Positions 46,724 to 56,034 of a DNA stretch of 64,000 bases are shown here, piece after piece. The notes under the pieces were generated by a model. It saw only the letters and a list, made by a program, of their open reading frames with translations. It did not search any database and was not told where the DNA came from. Numbering within the stretch: position 1 is the stretch's first letter; every line of letters begins with the position of its first letter. Source of the DNA: an uncultured Bacteroidales bacterium (GTDB taxonomy: Bacteria > Bacteroidota > Bacteroidia > Bacteroidales > P3). The stretch spans positions 875-64,874 of the forward strand of contig CAMUZR010000016.1 of the NCBI GenBank assembly GCA_947165255.1. The letters run 5' to 3'. The position numbers and the translations under genes are program-made.

Positions 46724-46936
46724 TTATATTCGTTCATATCGATAGCCAGCTTTTTTTACATATGCATCAAGGTATCTTCCATGAGAGTCGGCGGACATCA
46801 AGCCCTCATACACTGATTCTGGTACATCATAATATTGGTACACAGTACCATAATTAAACTCGACTTCTAAAATCATTTGCGAGGCATCGTATCCAATTGA
46901 TGCAATGTTTGATGAATTAACAGAAATACGTTCCAT
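46724..46936 (-). CDS. KTSC domain-containing protein
   Basis: VNSSNIASIGYD...LEVEF..GTVYQYYDVPESVYEGL...S.GRY matches the KTSC domain pattern. The gene starts 15 nt after the HerA stop. Confidence 0.75.
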   Translation of the reverse strand: MERISVNSSNIASIGYDASQMILEVEFNYGTVYQYYDVPESVYEGLMSADSHGRYLDAYVKKAGYRYERI

Positions 46937-46951
46937 AATTATTATTTATAA

Positions 46952-48817
46952 TTAATCAATATCTACATCTAATCTTTGTGTTCTCCATGTTTTTGTAATA
47001 TCATGGTAGTCGTTTTCACCTATTTGAAGCTCTTTATTCCATCCCTTTCTCTGTTCGGAATTTTGGGCTACACAAGGATCTTGGCTATCTGGACGTAATG
47101 ATTCTTCTGGAAGTTGAATATTTACTCTCATTGGCATCCGAACAGCTTCGCCAACAATAATAGCTTCGCCCGTCTTCAAGATTGGGAGCATATTGACTAA
47201 ACCAGATAAATTATCCGACACAGTATTGGCTACAATTCCCTTGTCATTCGAGTTGGTAAGCCTTAATGATATAGTTGTTCCGCACTGAGACAAAATGGTT
47301 GGGTCAATTTCAGAGGGACGCTGACTAACAATCATAGCACCAATGCCATATTTTCTCCCTTCTTTAACAATTCTTTGTACTATTGATGATGCTCTATTAT
47401 TATTTGTTCCCAAATAATTGTGAGCTTCCTCCATTACTATCAAAAGTGGCCTTTCTCGCGCTCCTTGCCCAAGCTTTCGTCCCCAAAATAATGAGTCATA
47501 CATCAACCTAAGCATAATGCCAACTATATCAATCAATATACTGCATGGAATTCCAGATACATCAAATACAGACAAGACTTTTTCTCCATACCAAGTTTTT
47601 AGTAATATGTCCAAGTCATTATTTAAGGTTCCTTTTTCTGATGGCACAAATCCTTCTGGATTAAACACAAAATCATAACGTGGGTCGGATAATCGAGCCT
47701 GTAATTGTAGCAATTGTCTTTTTATATTCAGAGATGCCTTGGCTAGATATATCTGCTTATCGACAATTGCTTTATACGTTGGCAGACAGAAAGGCTCTAT
47801 GCTTCCCGAAAGTTTTTGCCCATCACTTTCGGAAAATTCTTCAGTGGTATTGTCTGGGTTAAATTCACTATCTATCTCACAAAATCTTTGACCGGTTTGA
47901 GGAGCATGATGTGTTGAGAATACTAAGCGGTAAAGATAAAGAAAAAGTCGCTTTATACTAAAAGGGATGGGTGTATCCGCTGTGATTTGCTCTTCCTTCA
48001 AGTACATATATTTGTCTGCATTTTCTCGAATGGTCAGTTGTTTCAATCGTAGCACATATTCTGCAATTTGAGCCCTATCACTATCATTAATGTCACCAAA
48101 AGAGAAATTGACAAACTCATCAAAACTCATAGCCCAATAAGGTACTACAAGTTTTTTTCCTTGTGCAGCTCTGGAACTAATTCGAAATATGTTTGCCTTG
48201 TTTCTAAAAGTGTTTCCATATTCTCCATGAATATCTATTAATATAATACGTGAAGATGGAAATCTATCTGTATCAATTAGTTTATTAATAACTCCTGCTA
48301 CTGTAGTGGATTTTCCCGTACCAGTGGAGCCCACAATTGCACAATGACGACTCACAAGTTTGTTTACATCCACGAGTGCAGGTATATTTTCTGCTCCAGA
48401 GATTACTCCTATGGGTACAAACTCTGCTCCATGCTGACGCCCATAGATATTTACAAGATCATCTTCCGTGACAATATGGACTTCATCATCTATCATAGGG
48501 TACTGAGAAATACCTCGATCAAAGGGCTGTCCATTCGCACCTTCTCCGACTAGTTGGACAGTCATCCATCTTAATCCAACATTACGATCTCTTAGTGAGT
48601 CTGGCACTGCATCCGCCCCAATTTGTACTATCGATCCATATAGATTGATATAGCCTTGAGGAATCTTTACAAAACCACCAACTTGACCTACTTTGTAACC
48701 ATTACCATAAATGTATGAAATAGTAGAATTAAGAGATGAAAACAATTGTACAGAGACATTGGAACCGGAAATGCTTCTAACTACCCCAATGACGGCAGGA
48801 TTCTTACTTGTCTGCAT
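46952..48817 (-). CDS. herA: HerA-like (DUF87) ATPase of a SIR2-HerA defense system
   Basis: N-terminal HerA barrel-like region, Walker A IVGSTGTGKST and Walker B LLIVMEEAHNYL. The start overlaps the SIR2 stop by 14 nt. Confidence 0.82.
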   Translation of the reverse strand: MQTSKNPAVIGVVRSISGSNVSVQLFSSLNSTISYIYGNGYKVGQVGGFVKIPQGYINLYGSIVQIGADAVPDSLRDRNVGLRWMTVQLVGEGANGQPFDRGISQYPMIDDEVHIVTEDDLVNIYGRQHGAEFVPIGVISGAENIPALVDVNKLVSRHCAIVGSTGTGKSTTVAGVINKLIDTDRFPSSRIILIDIHGEYGNTFRNKANIFRISSRAAQGKKLVVPYWAMSFDEFVNFSFGDINDSDRAQIAEYVLRLKQLTIRENADKYMYLKEEQITADTPIPFSIKRLFLYLYRLVFSTHHAPQTGQRFCEIDSEFNPDNTTEEFSESDGQKLSGSIEPFCLPTYKAIVDKQIYLAKASLNIKRQLLQLQARLSDPRYDFVFNPEGFVPSEKGTLNNDLDILLKTWYGEKVLSVFDVSGIPCSILIDIVGIMLRLMYDSLFWGRKLGQGARERPLLIVMEEAHNYLGTNNNRASSIVQRIVKEGRKYGIGAMIVSQRPSEIDPTILSQCGTTISLRLTNSNDKGIVANTVSDNLSGLVNMLPILKTGEAIIVGEAVRMPMRVNIQLPEESLRPDSQDPCVAQNSEQRKGWNKELQIGENDYHDITKTWRTQRLDVDID

Positions 48818-49973
48818 CAGAATGATCTCCTATTAGTTCGAATAGAAATGTTGAAAATGCAGCGAAATCACCAAAAGTAACCCTATCGTCAATCTTTGTG
48901 AAGTTAAAATTGGCAAACTCGTTTTTAGCGTCCGAAAATTTCGACCACTCCCGAAGTTGTGCACCTATAACCGCTTCGTCATTATACCATACACTCAGGT
49001 TTGGTCTCTCCAAGGATCTTTTAACTGCTTCAGGCGAAGCAAAAGTTCCATCCGTTTTTTTAATCTTTCCATACATAAAGGCAACTACATTAGCAGTCTG
49101 ATTCACCTTTAATGCATTAATGATAGTATCATTGATATGTTCATCACCAAAAGAGTAACCACAAACAAACATCACAGCGTGAGGCTTTAGAAGAAAGTCT
49201 GTAAGTTTATCGGACAAAGCTAAAAAAGGCATTTTTCGACTTTGGTCGTATTTTAGCTTTGATGGATATATTAGTTCAGGAGAACCAGAAATATCTTTAG
49301 AGACTCTGCACACTCCACCATTTATCACTTTCCAATTAACAGAACCGTGCAACTTCCACAGTCTAGCCCAATAAGCGGGCAACGTATTCTCCTCAACTGA
49401 ATGTATATCGAAAAAAGGATATCTTGAACCAGAAAACCCGTCAAAAAATGGTACACATTGCTCTTCTAATGCTTGCTCCATTAACATATCATAATTAGTG
49501 GTAAAAATTTCAACTGGTACACTCCTATCAATGGAATTAATCCATCTTGCGAATCTTCTATATGAATTATCCTCACTTGGCAAATCCTTTGTTACAGAAG
49601 AGGCAATTGTTTGGCACATCTCTGTTTCCAGCGTTTTTAACTCATCCTCAGTGAAGCCTCGAACTGTACCTCCACCAGACGAAACTTCCTTCATAGAACG
49701 AATATACGTAAGAACGTCTTCAAGGTTATTGATATTTTTACCCGCTTTCTTTAGTTCTTCCATCAATTTCTTATATGGTGAATCTGGAGAATCGGCAATA
49801 TGAGCATTATTGATTATTTGAGTTAGTCCACTCATGTCTGGCAATAATGGCTTCCCTGTAGCATTGGGAACAGATTGCGGACATCCTGCTGCCAACAAAA
49901 AACCTAAGGGCGCTTTATCCTGAGATAATAACAATCTCAAGCTACGCAAATGTCTAATTTGATCGTGGTCCAT
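48804..49973 (-). CDS. SIR2-family (SIR2_2) NADase-type effector of a SIR2-HerA defense system
   Basis: Contains FLLAAGCP, IFTTNYD, FDGFSG, LWKLHGSVNW and CGYSFGDEHIN motifs of the defense-associated SIR2_2 family. Confidence 0.82.
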   Translation of the reverse strand: MDHDQIRHLRSLRLLLSQDKAPLGFLLAAGCPQSVPNATGKPLLPDMSGLTQIINNAHIADSPDSPYKKLMEELKKAGKNINNLEDVLTYIRSMKEVSSGGGTVRGFTEDELKTLETEMCQTIASSVTKDLPSEDNSYRRFARWINSIDRSVPVEIFTTNYDMLMEQALEEQCVPFFDGFSGSRYPFFDIHSVEENTLPAYWARLWKLHGSVNWKVINGGVCRVSKDISGSPELIYPSKLKYDQSRKMPFLALSDKLTDFLLKPHAVMFVCGYSFGDEHINDTIINALKVNQTANVVAFMYGKIKKTDGTFASPEAVKRSLERPNLSVWYNDEAVIGAQLREWSKFSDAKNEFANFNFTKIDDRVTFGDFAAFSTFLFELIGDHSDADK

Positions 49974-50135
49974 TATGTTTGTTCTTATATTTTTTTCAAA
50001 TAGTTTTCACGCGGACAACTCGATAAAGATTAACCCTAAACTTATGCTAAGGTGTTTTAATTTAATGGTCAACGCCTTGCTCATCACGTTTCATATCGTC
50101 AACGGATTAATTAGTAGTCATCCCTTTTTACGCTG

Positions 50136-50143
50136 CAAAGATA
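50136..50143 (-). promoter_or_regulatory. -7 promoter box (TATCTTTG on the minus strand) for the SIR2-HerA-KTSC operon
   Basis: The reverse complement of caaagata lies in a CTGCAAAGATAC context, about 160 nt upstream of the SIR2 ATG. Confidence 0.45.
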
Positions 50144-50295
50144 CAAATCTTTTTTTATTTGGCAAAATAAACTTTAATGGTTAGTCCTCCTGAAGATTTT
50201 CCCAGCGCTGGCGGGCGGCTTCAAGACTTTGTGGAGCTGGCGTTGCAGAAGTTCTTTTGAAGGGTGTTCGGGCATATATTGCGTCACTTTACTTG

Positions 50296-51547
50296 CTACT
50301 TTTCTTTCCCCTTTTCTTGTTCTTTTCGGTATTCTTTCCAGTCGGCTTCGGTGGCGCTCTCTAACAGATATTGCCGTATCTCTTCCTCGGAGGGGAGTTG
50401 GAGACGGTATTTGCTGACAAAGAGGTTCTGCGAGAGCCCTTCTGTTGCATACTGCACGGTGGTTTCACCGTAGTCGGTACAAAGCAACAGACCAATAGGC
50501 GGGTTGTCGTCTGCTTGCATCACCTCGTGTTTGTAGTAGTTCATATAGAGGTTGAGCTGGGAAGCATATTCGTGGCGGAAGCGGTCGATCTTGAGGTCGA
50601 TGATGACGTGGCATTTCAGGATGCGGTGGTAAAAGATAAGGTCGGCCTTGAAATAGTCTTGGTCGATGAGTATACGTTTTTGCCGTGCCTCGAAACAGAA
50701 ACCGCGCCCCATCTCCATCAGCACCATCTGAAGGTGGTTCAGTATGGTGTTTTCAAGCTTGCTCTCGGTAACAACATCGTGCGAAGGCAGGTCAAGAAAT
50801 TCAAGTGTTACAGGGTTGTGGATAATGTCACGAGGGGCGAGCTGCTGAGCCTTATTTGCCGTCAGGCGTTGGAGGACTTTCTTGTCTTTCGACAACCCCA
50901 TACGCTCGTAGTATTGCGAGGAGATTTGCCTGTCTAGTTCCGTAACCGTCCAGCATCCCCGAATGGTCTCCTGCTCGTAGAAAGCGCGTTTTAAAGGGTC
51001 TTTCAAATTGGAAAGAAGAACAAGATGGGTAGCAGAAAGTCTGTAGAAAAGTCTTTCAGCAGGTGTTTGCCATTCTTCGTCAGATTTGGCGGTCGGCAAC
51101 CGCATTTTTTCTTCTTCCAGATTATCATTCAGTTGCAATTTTGCGGTCGGCAACCGCAAAATATCATCTTTGTTGTTATTAAGGTGTGTTCTATTTATTT
51201 GTTTCCATTGTCGCGTCCCGTCGGGACGCAGTTTACTGACGTCTGAGTATCACGGCACTGCGCCTTCGGCTTGTACCGTGTTATTAATAGTCTCACCCCT
51301 TCTGGGTGATTTATAGAAGTCCCCTTAACAATATAATTAGCGATAACTGGTCCAATCTGTGGATATACGATATATGTCAATCGGAACTCATATAACCGAC
51401 GCTCTCCAAATCCGCGTCTGTTAAGCCGTTTGGCAAGAGTCTTGAGCAGCTTTTCTCCATACTTAGCACGGTCTTCTCCGTGCTGTTCAAACTCAACGAT
51501 ATAATATCCCACCAGCCAGTTTGTTTTGATATCCAGGCCTAGCCATT
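50296..51547 (-). pseudogene. DUF1016 (YhcG-like PD-(D/E)xK nuclease) gene, 5'-truncated and split by a MITE-like insertion
   Basis: The N-terminal piece (51195..51512) reads YYIVEFEQHGEDRAKYGEKLL...FGERRLYEFRLTY, then reads through the element into a stop. The C-terminal piece (50296..51159) carries LKDPLKRAFYEQE...GRGFCFEARQKR...DLIFYH...HVIIDLK in a different frame. The open frame upstream of 51512 has no start codon and runs into ogt. Confidence 0.75.
51179..51328 (-). mobile_element. MITE-like multi-hairpin element, copy A, inserted in the DUF1016 gene
   Basis: 150 bp bounded by imperfect inverted repeats (TTAAGGTGTGTTCTATTTAT ... ATTTATAGAAGTCCCCTTAA). Internal hairpins are GCGTCCC-gtc-GGGACGC, CACGGCAC-...-GTACCGTG and TCACCCC-ttc-TGGGTGA. 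Its reverse complement aligns with 21206-21343. Confidence 0.75.
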
Positions 51548-52063
51548 TCAGATGAGAAGCGGGCGCTTGCCGTCAGAGGGCGTTTCATGTGTGAGAAGCC
51601 ATTGCTTACGGGCGAGGCCGTAAGCGTAGCCTGTCAGATGTCCGTTGGAGCCAATGACCCTGTGGCAGGGAATAATCAGAGCGATAGGGTTGCGCCCCAC
51701 GGCACTACCCACAGCTTGTGCCGAGCGGCAGTGGAGCCGTTTGGCAATGGCTCCGTATGACAAGGTATGTCCGTAAGGTATGGTGAGCAACTCGCGCCAG
51801 ACGGACAACTGAAAGGGCGTGCCAGAAAGGGCAAGTTGGGGGATGAAGTCAGGCTGGTGGTGGTTGAAATAAAGGTCGAGCCAGCGGCAAGTGTCAGCAA
51901 ACAGCGGGTTGCCTTGAGCGGGGAATGCTGCGGAGAGGTCGGCAAAACGCAGTCCTGTTAACGCCGTGCCGTTGCTGGTCAGCACGATGTTGCCCAACGG
52001 TGATTGGTACACGTTCGTCAGTTGGGGTGTGGAACTGGTTGCCGTCAGAGCTTTTGACTTCAT
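51548..52063 (-). CDS. ogt: Methylated-DNA--protein-cysteine methyltransferase
   Basis: Contains TPFQLSVWRELLTIPYG, the IIPCHRVIGSNG active site (PCHR), and LTGYAYGL...KQWLL. Confidence 0.9.
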   Translation of the reverse strand: MKSKALTATSSTPQLTNVYQSPLGNIVLTSNGTALTGLRFADLSAAFPAQGNPLFADTCRWLDLYFNHHQPDFIPQLALSGTPFQLSVWRELLTIPYGHTLSYGAIAKRLHCRSAQAVGSAVGRNPIALIIPCHRVIGSNGHLTGYAYGLARKQWLLTHETPSDGKRPLLI

Positions 52064-52152
52064 GCCTAGCGGGGTTTTTCGGTCAGCAATAAAGGTGGAT
52101 AAACAGGTATGCCAATGGATAAGATAAAACGCGTATGTGCTATGGCTGTCTC

Positions 52153-52749
52153 CTAAATCATGGACTTGCTATCGGTAATATCAAAGCAGATGTTGACCCT
52201 GTGACTCTCCTGTTCTTTGGGGTAATGCTCCGCCGTCATGATGGGTAGGGCGATAGAGAAGGTTCGGCCTCCGGGAATGGAGAATGTTTGCTGCTCATCT
52301 GGGCCGTAGAAGCAGTTGTCGCGGATGGAATAGAGGGTATAGGTGTCGGTGCCATTGATGCGGACTTCCACCAGGTCGTTGCTGCCAACGGTTTGGACGT
52401 GCAGGATGTTGGGGCTTCCTCCGACATAGGAAAGTCCTTTTCGTTGCAGGGTGATGCTTTTGCCCATGGGGACGGAATCTTCGAGGACAAGGAAAGTGTT
52501 CTTTACTGGTCTGTCATTGGCATCCAACAGGTCTGCGGACGCTAGCTGAACGACCTTCACGGTGCCGTAATTGGATGTGGCAGTCACTTGCATGGTGCTG
52601 TCGTGGTCGGCAGTGAAGATTGCCGTGTAGTCAATCGCATATTCAATTCGATCGCTACTGTCCCAGTCGAAGGAGTTGGCTTGCTTTGGTGAACAACTGG
52701 CCAGTGCCATGAGTGCCACCAGCGTGGTAAGGAGTATACTGTTCTTCAT
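52153..52749 (-). CDS. Hypothetical lipoprotein
   Basis: MKNSILLTTLVALMALASC lipoprotein signal. No recognisable domain. Confidence 0.55.
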   Translation of the reverse strand: MKNSILLTTLVALMALASCSPKQANSFDWDSSDRIEYAIDYTAIFTADHDSTMQVTATSNYGTVKVVQLASADLLDANDRPVKNTFLVLEDSVPMGKSITLQRKGLSYVGGSPNILHVQTVGSNDLVEVRINGTDTYTLYSIRDNCFYGPDEQQTFSIPGGRTFSIALPIMTAEHYPKEQESHRVNICFDITDSKSMI

Positions 52750-52903
52750 TTTGTGTGAGTTGCTTGTGTTGTTGAGATGTTTTACCTCTCTAAACCCCAT
52801 CGGGGGCTAAAGAATAGCGAAGGAACAGTAGCTGTGGTAAGGGCTGCTCCTTCGCTTTATTGGGGTGCCGACGGCTTTGGGTAGGCCGTCGGGTAGGGGA
52901 GTC

Positions 52904-55900
52904 TTATTTCATGCGCGAGAGGGCCACTTGGGCAGGCTCGTAGCCGGCAGTGGCGGCCTTCTTGTACCACTCACGGGCTTTCTTGGGGTTGGGGGTCACG
53001 CCCTCTTCACCCTCTTCGAGGATGGCGCCACAGTAGTACATGGCCATCACGTCGCCGTTTTCGGCAGCCTTGGTAAGCCAGTTGAGGGCTTCAGCCATGC
53101 TCTGCTCGACATAGATGCCGTTCATGTAGCAGCTGGCCACCATGCGGTAGCCTCGGTTGTACTCGTGGTCGGCGGCAAACTTGTACATTTCGTATGCTTT
53201 CTGTGAGTTGAGCACTACGCCCAGTCCTTCCTGGTAGCAGTAGCCCAGATTGCAGTAACCTTCCAGACTGCCCAGGGTGACGGCTTTCTCATAGTAGAGG
53301 ACGGCATTCTTCAGCTCGCCCTGTTCGCGATAGATGTCGCCGAGGACATTGATGGCGCGGATATGCTCGTTGTCGGCAGCTTTCTCTAGGTAGCTGATAG
53401 CCATGGTGGTGTCGGTGCGGCAGCCGTAGCCGTTGAGATAACAGAGGCCGAGATAGAAGTTGCTGGGCTCGTGGCCACGGCTGACAGCGGTGTCGAGGTA
53501 GGCCTTGCCTAGGCTCTCGTCCTCGGGGCAGCCATTGCCCTGCAGGCAGGCCAGTCCCATGGCTCCGTAGGCACGGGGGTCGCCGGTTTGGCGGGCCACA
53601 CGCTCAAAGAGACTATAGGCGGTTTTGGGGTCGGGGTCGACACCAATGCCGTTTTGCAGATAGGTGGCAAAGGAAAGGGCGGAGTTGAGGTCGCCGCGTT
53701 GGGTGCCGGTTGCAAAGAACTCGGCGGCCTTGTCGTAAGCCTCTTCATTGGCCAGAGCCTGACCGATGACAGAGCAGGCGGCACCGTTGCCGTTCTGGTA
53801 GGCGGAGAGGTAGTAAGCAATGGCAGAGTCACCGTCGGCGGTCACGCCGCCAAGGCCATGGTTATAGATTTCGGCCACGCGATAGGCGGCATTGCCCACC
53901 CCGTTGGCGGCAGCATCTTTGAGGTAGGCCATGGCCCTAAGGGTGTCGACTTCCACTCCGCAGCCTTCCAGATAGGAGCGCCCCACGTAGTAGGTGCCCT
54001 TAGTGAAACCAGCCTCGTGGGCTTCCTGATAGAGCGAGAAGGCCTTGGCTTTGTCTTCGGGGACAAAGTGGCCGCCGCGATAGTAGTCGCCCAAGTAGCA
54101 CTTGGCGTCGGGGTGGCCTAGGTCGGCGGCTTTCTGTATAAGGCGCAGGGCTTCGACCGAGTCGGCGGGGATGCTGGGAGCGGAGAGCTCGGCAGCCTCA
54201 TTGTAGAGACCCATCATGAAGTAGCCTTCGGCCTCGCCATTGTCGGCCAAGGTCTGAAAACACTGCACGGCTTTCTCCTGGTCGACGGTGTCGGTATACC
54301 AGCCGTAAGCATAGCAGTGGCCGAGGTCGTTTAGGGCGGGGGTAAAGCCGTCCGCGGCAGCGGACTTGAGCAGGTCAAGTCCCGTGGCGATGTCTTTCTC
54401 TTTGCCTTTGCCAATGTGCTGATTGAGGTAGAGCGAACTGAGGCGGTAGCGGGCAGCCGGAGTGTTGGCTTTGGTGTAGTACTGGGCGGCCTTCTTGTAG
54501 TCGACCTTATAGCCGTCGAGGCCATTCTCGTAGATGGCACCCAGGGAATAGGCGCAGAGGCTGCTGCCCTTCTTGTAGCCGGTGGCGAGCAGACTGTTGC
54601 AAGTCTTGTGGTCGCCGCTGCCTTCGTAAACCATGGCCTTGTGGTAGTAGCCGTTGGCAAGGCCTTTCTCAATCATTTTGTCGTAGCATTCTATGGCGGC
54701 ATCGGCGTTGCCGCTGCGGGCATAGAGGTGGCCAAGGTATTCCATGGCCGAGGATTCGCCGAGTTGGTCGGCCATGCGGTAGTACTTCACTGCCTGGGGA
54801 AGGTCCTTATAGGGTTCCTCCTCGTAGAAAGAGGCCAGCACGGCGGCGCATTGGGCATTGTGCATCACCTCGGCACCGCGCCGGAGCCAACTTATCGTTT
54901 GGTCTGGGTCTGCTTCGCAGCCTTCGCCACCGTAATACATCATGCTCAAGTAATAGCATGCCTCGCCTTTACCGCCATGGTTGGGCTCTTTTTCGGCCAC
55001 CGTTTTGAAATAACGGAAAGCTTTCTCGTACTGCCCGATGCTGTTATAGTAGCGGCCGAGATCCATCTGGCACAGAGAGGCAATCGAAGGGGAGAAATGG
55101 GAACCCTCTTCCCAGATGCGGATGGCCTTGGCGGTGTCGCGCAGGGCGACATCGTCGGGGTACATGTAGGCTTCGCCAGCAACTGCTTGAGTGAATCCGA
55201 GGTTGTGTCGTTTGGTAATGAGGGCGCTGAGGATTTGTTGGGCCTTGGCCTCGTCTTCTTCCTCGCCAACGCCGTTGAGATACATCAAGGCAATGAGGGT
55301 CTGGGAAGTGGCGTCGTTCCATTTAGCACCCTCCTGGGCCCACTTCTTGGCCTTTTTGTAGTCGCCTTTGTTATAGTAGTATCCAGCCAAATCGCCGCAG
55401 CTTGAGATGTCGCCGAGTTTGTAGGCTTTCTCCCAGTAGCTGACGGCCTTCTTCTCATCTTTGGCCAAGTCTCCGTAGCCGTAATCCAGATTAAGAGCCA
55501 TGTTTTCATAGCCCCATGAGGCGCCAGCCTTGACGGCCTGCTGGTTGAGTTCGAGGGCTTTGGCCGAATCGACGGCCACCCCGAAGCCATACTCGTAGCA
55601 AGTGGCCAGGGCGGCCAGGCCGTTAGGCAGACCCTTGTCGGCCCACTCTTTGCGGATGGCAAAATAGCGAGCGGTGTCCTTAGGCAGGAGGGTGCTGTGC
55701 ATATAGTAACGGGAGATACGCAGCCAGCCCTCACCGTCGCCTTGGTCGGCGGCACGTTGGAACCATTTCAGCGCCAAAGTGCTGTCAACGTCCACTCCGG
55801 CTCCGTTCTCATAGCATTCGCCAAGGAGCACCATGGCCTTGGTGTCGCCCTGTTGGGCTTTATTCATCAGTTTTTGGTCGGCCTGTGCAAAGGTCAGCAC

Positions 55901-55945
55901 GGGCAGCAAAGCCAGCATAAAAAGAGAGAATAAGGTCTTCTTCAT
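52904..55945 (-). CDS. Large secreted Sel1-like (SLR/TPR) repeat protein
   Basis: Signal peptide followed by more than 20 reiterations of the Sel1 pattern (A..W..KAA.QG...A...LG.CY..G.GV..D). The start is set at MKKTLFSLF (ATG 55945). Confidence 0.82.
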   Translation of the reverse strand: MKKTLFSLFMLALLPVLTFAQADQKLMNKAQQGDTKAMVLLGECYENGAGVDVDSTLALKWFQRAADQGDGEGWLRISRYYMHSTLLPKDTARYFAIRKEWADKGLPNGLAALATCYEYGFGVAVDSAKALELNQQAVKAGASWGYENMALNLDYGYGDLAKDEKKAVSYWEKAYKLGDISSCGDLAGYYYNKGDYKKAKKWAQEGAKWNDATSQTLIALMYLNGVGEEEDEAKAQQILSALITKRHNLGFTQAVAGEAYMYPDDVALRDTAKAIRIWEEGSHFSPSIASLCQMDLGRYYNSIGQYEKAFRYFKTVAEKEPNHGGKGEACYYLSMMYYGGEGCEADPDQTISWLRRGAEVMHNAQCAAVLASFYEEEPYKDLPQAVKYYRMADQLGESSAMEYLGHLYARSGNADAAIECYDKMIEKGLANGYYHKAMVYEGSGDHKTCNSLLATGYKKGSSLCAYSLGAIYENGLDGYKVDYKKAAQYYTKANTPAARYRLSSLYLNQHIGKGKEKDIATGLDLLKSAAADGFTPALNDLGHCYAYGWYTDTVDQEKAVQCFQTLADNGEAEGYFMMGLYNEAAELSAPSIPADSVEALRLIQKAADLGHPDAKCYLGDYYRGGHFVPEDKAKAFSLYQEAHEAGFTKGTYYVGRSYLEGCGVEVDTLRAMAYLKDAAANGVGNAAYRVAEIYNHGLGGVTADGDSAIAYYLSAYQNGNGAACSVIGQALANEEAYDKAAEFFATGTQRGDLNSALSFATYLQNGIGVDPDPKTAYSLFERVARQTGDPRAYGAMGLACLQGNGCPEDESLGKAYLDTAVSRGHEPSNFYLGLCYLNGYGCRTDTTMAISYLEKAADNEHIRAINVLGDIYREQGELKNAVLYYEKAVTLGSLEGYCNLGYCYQEGLGVVLNSQKAYEMYKFAADHEYNRGYRMVASCYMNGIYVEQSMAEALNWLTKAAENGDVMAMYYCGAILEEGEEGVTPNPKKAREWYKKAATAGYEPAQVALSRMK

Positions 55946-55975
55946 AGTATAAAAAGTTCTATTATTTTCGCGGTG

Positions 55976-55983
55976 CAAAGATA
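55976..55983 (-). promoter_or_regulatory. -7 promoter box (TATCTTTG on the minus strand) for the Sel1-repeat gene
   Basis: Reverse complement of caaagata, 30 nt upstream of the ATG at 55945. Confidence 0.5.
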
Positions 55984-56034
55984 CTAAAAAAAATCCGTTT
56001 ACGTTATTAATAATCATTTTTATCTGAAAAAAAC

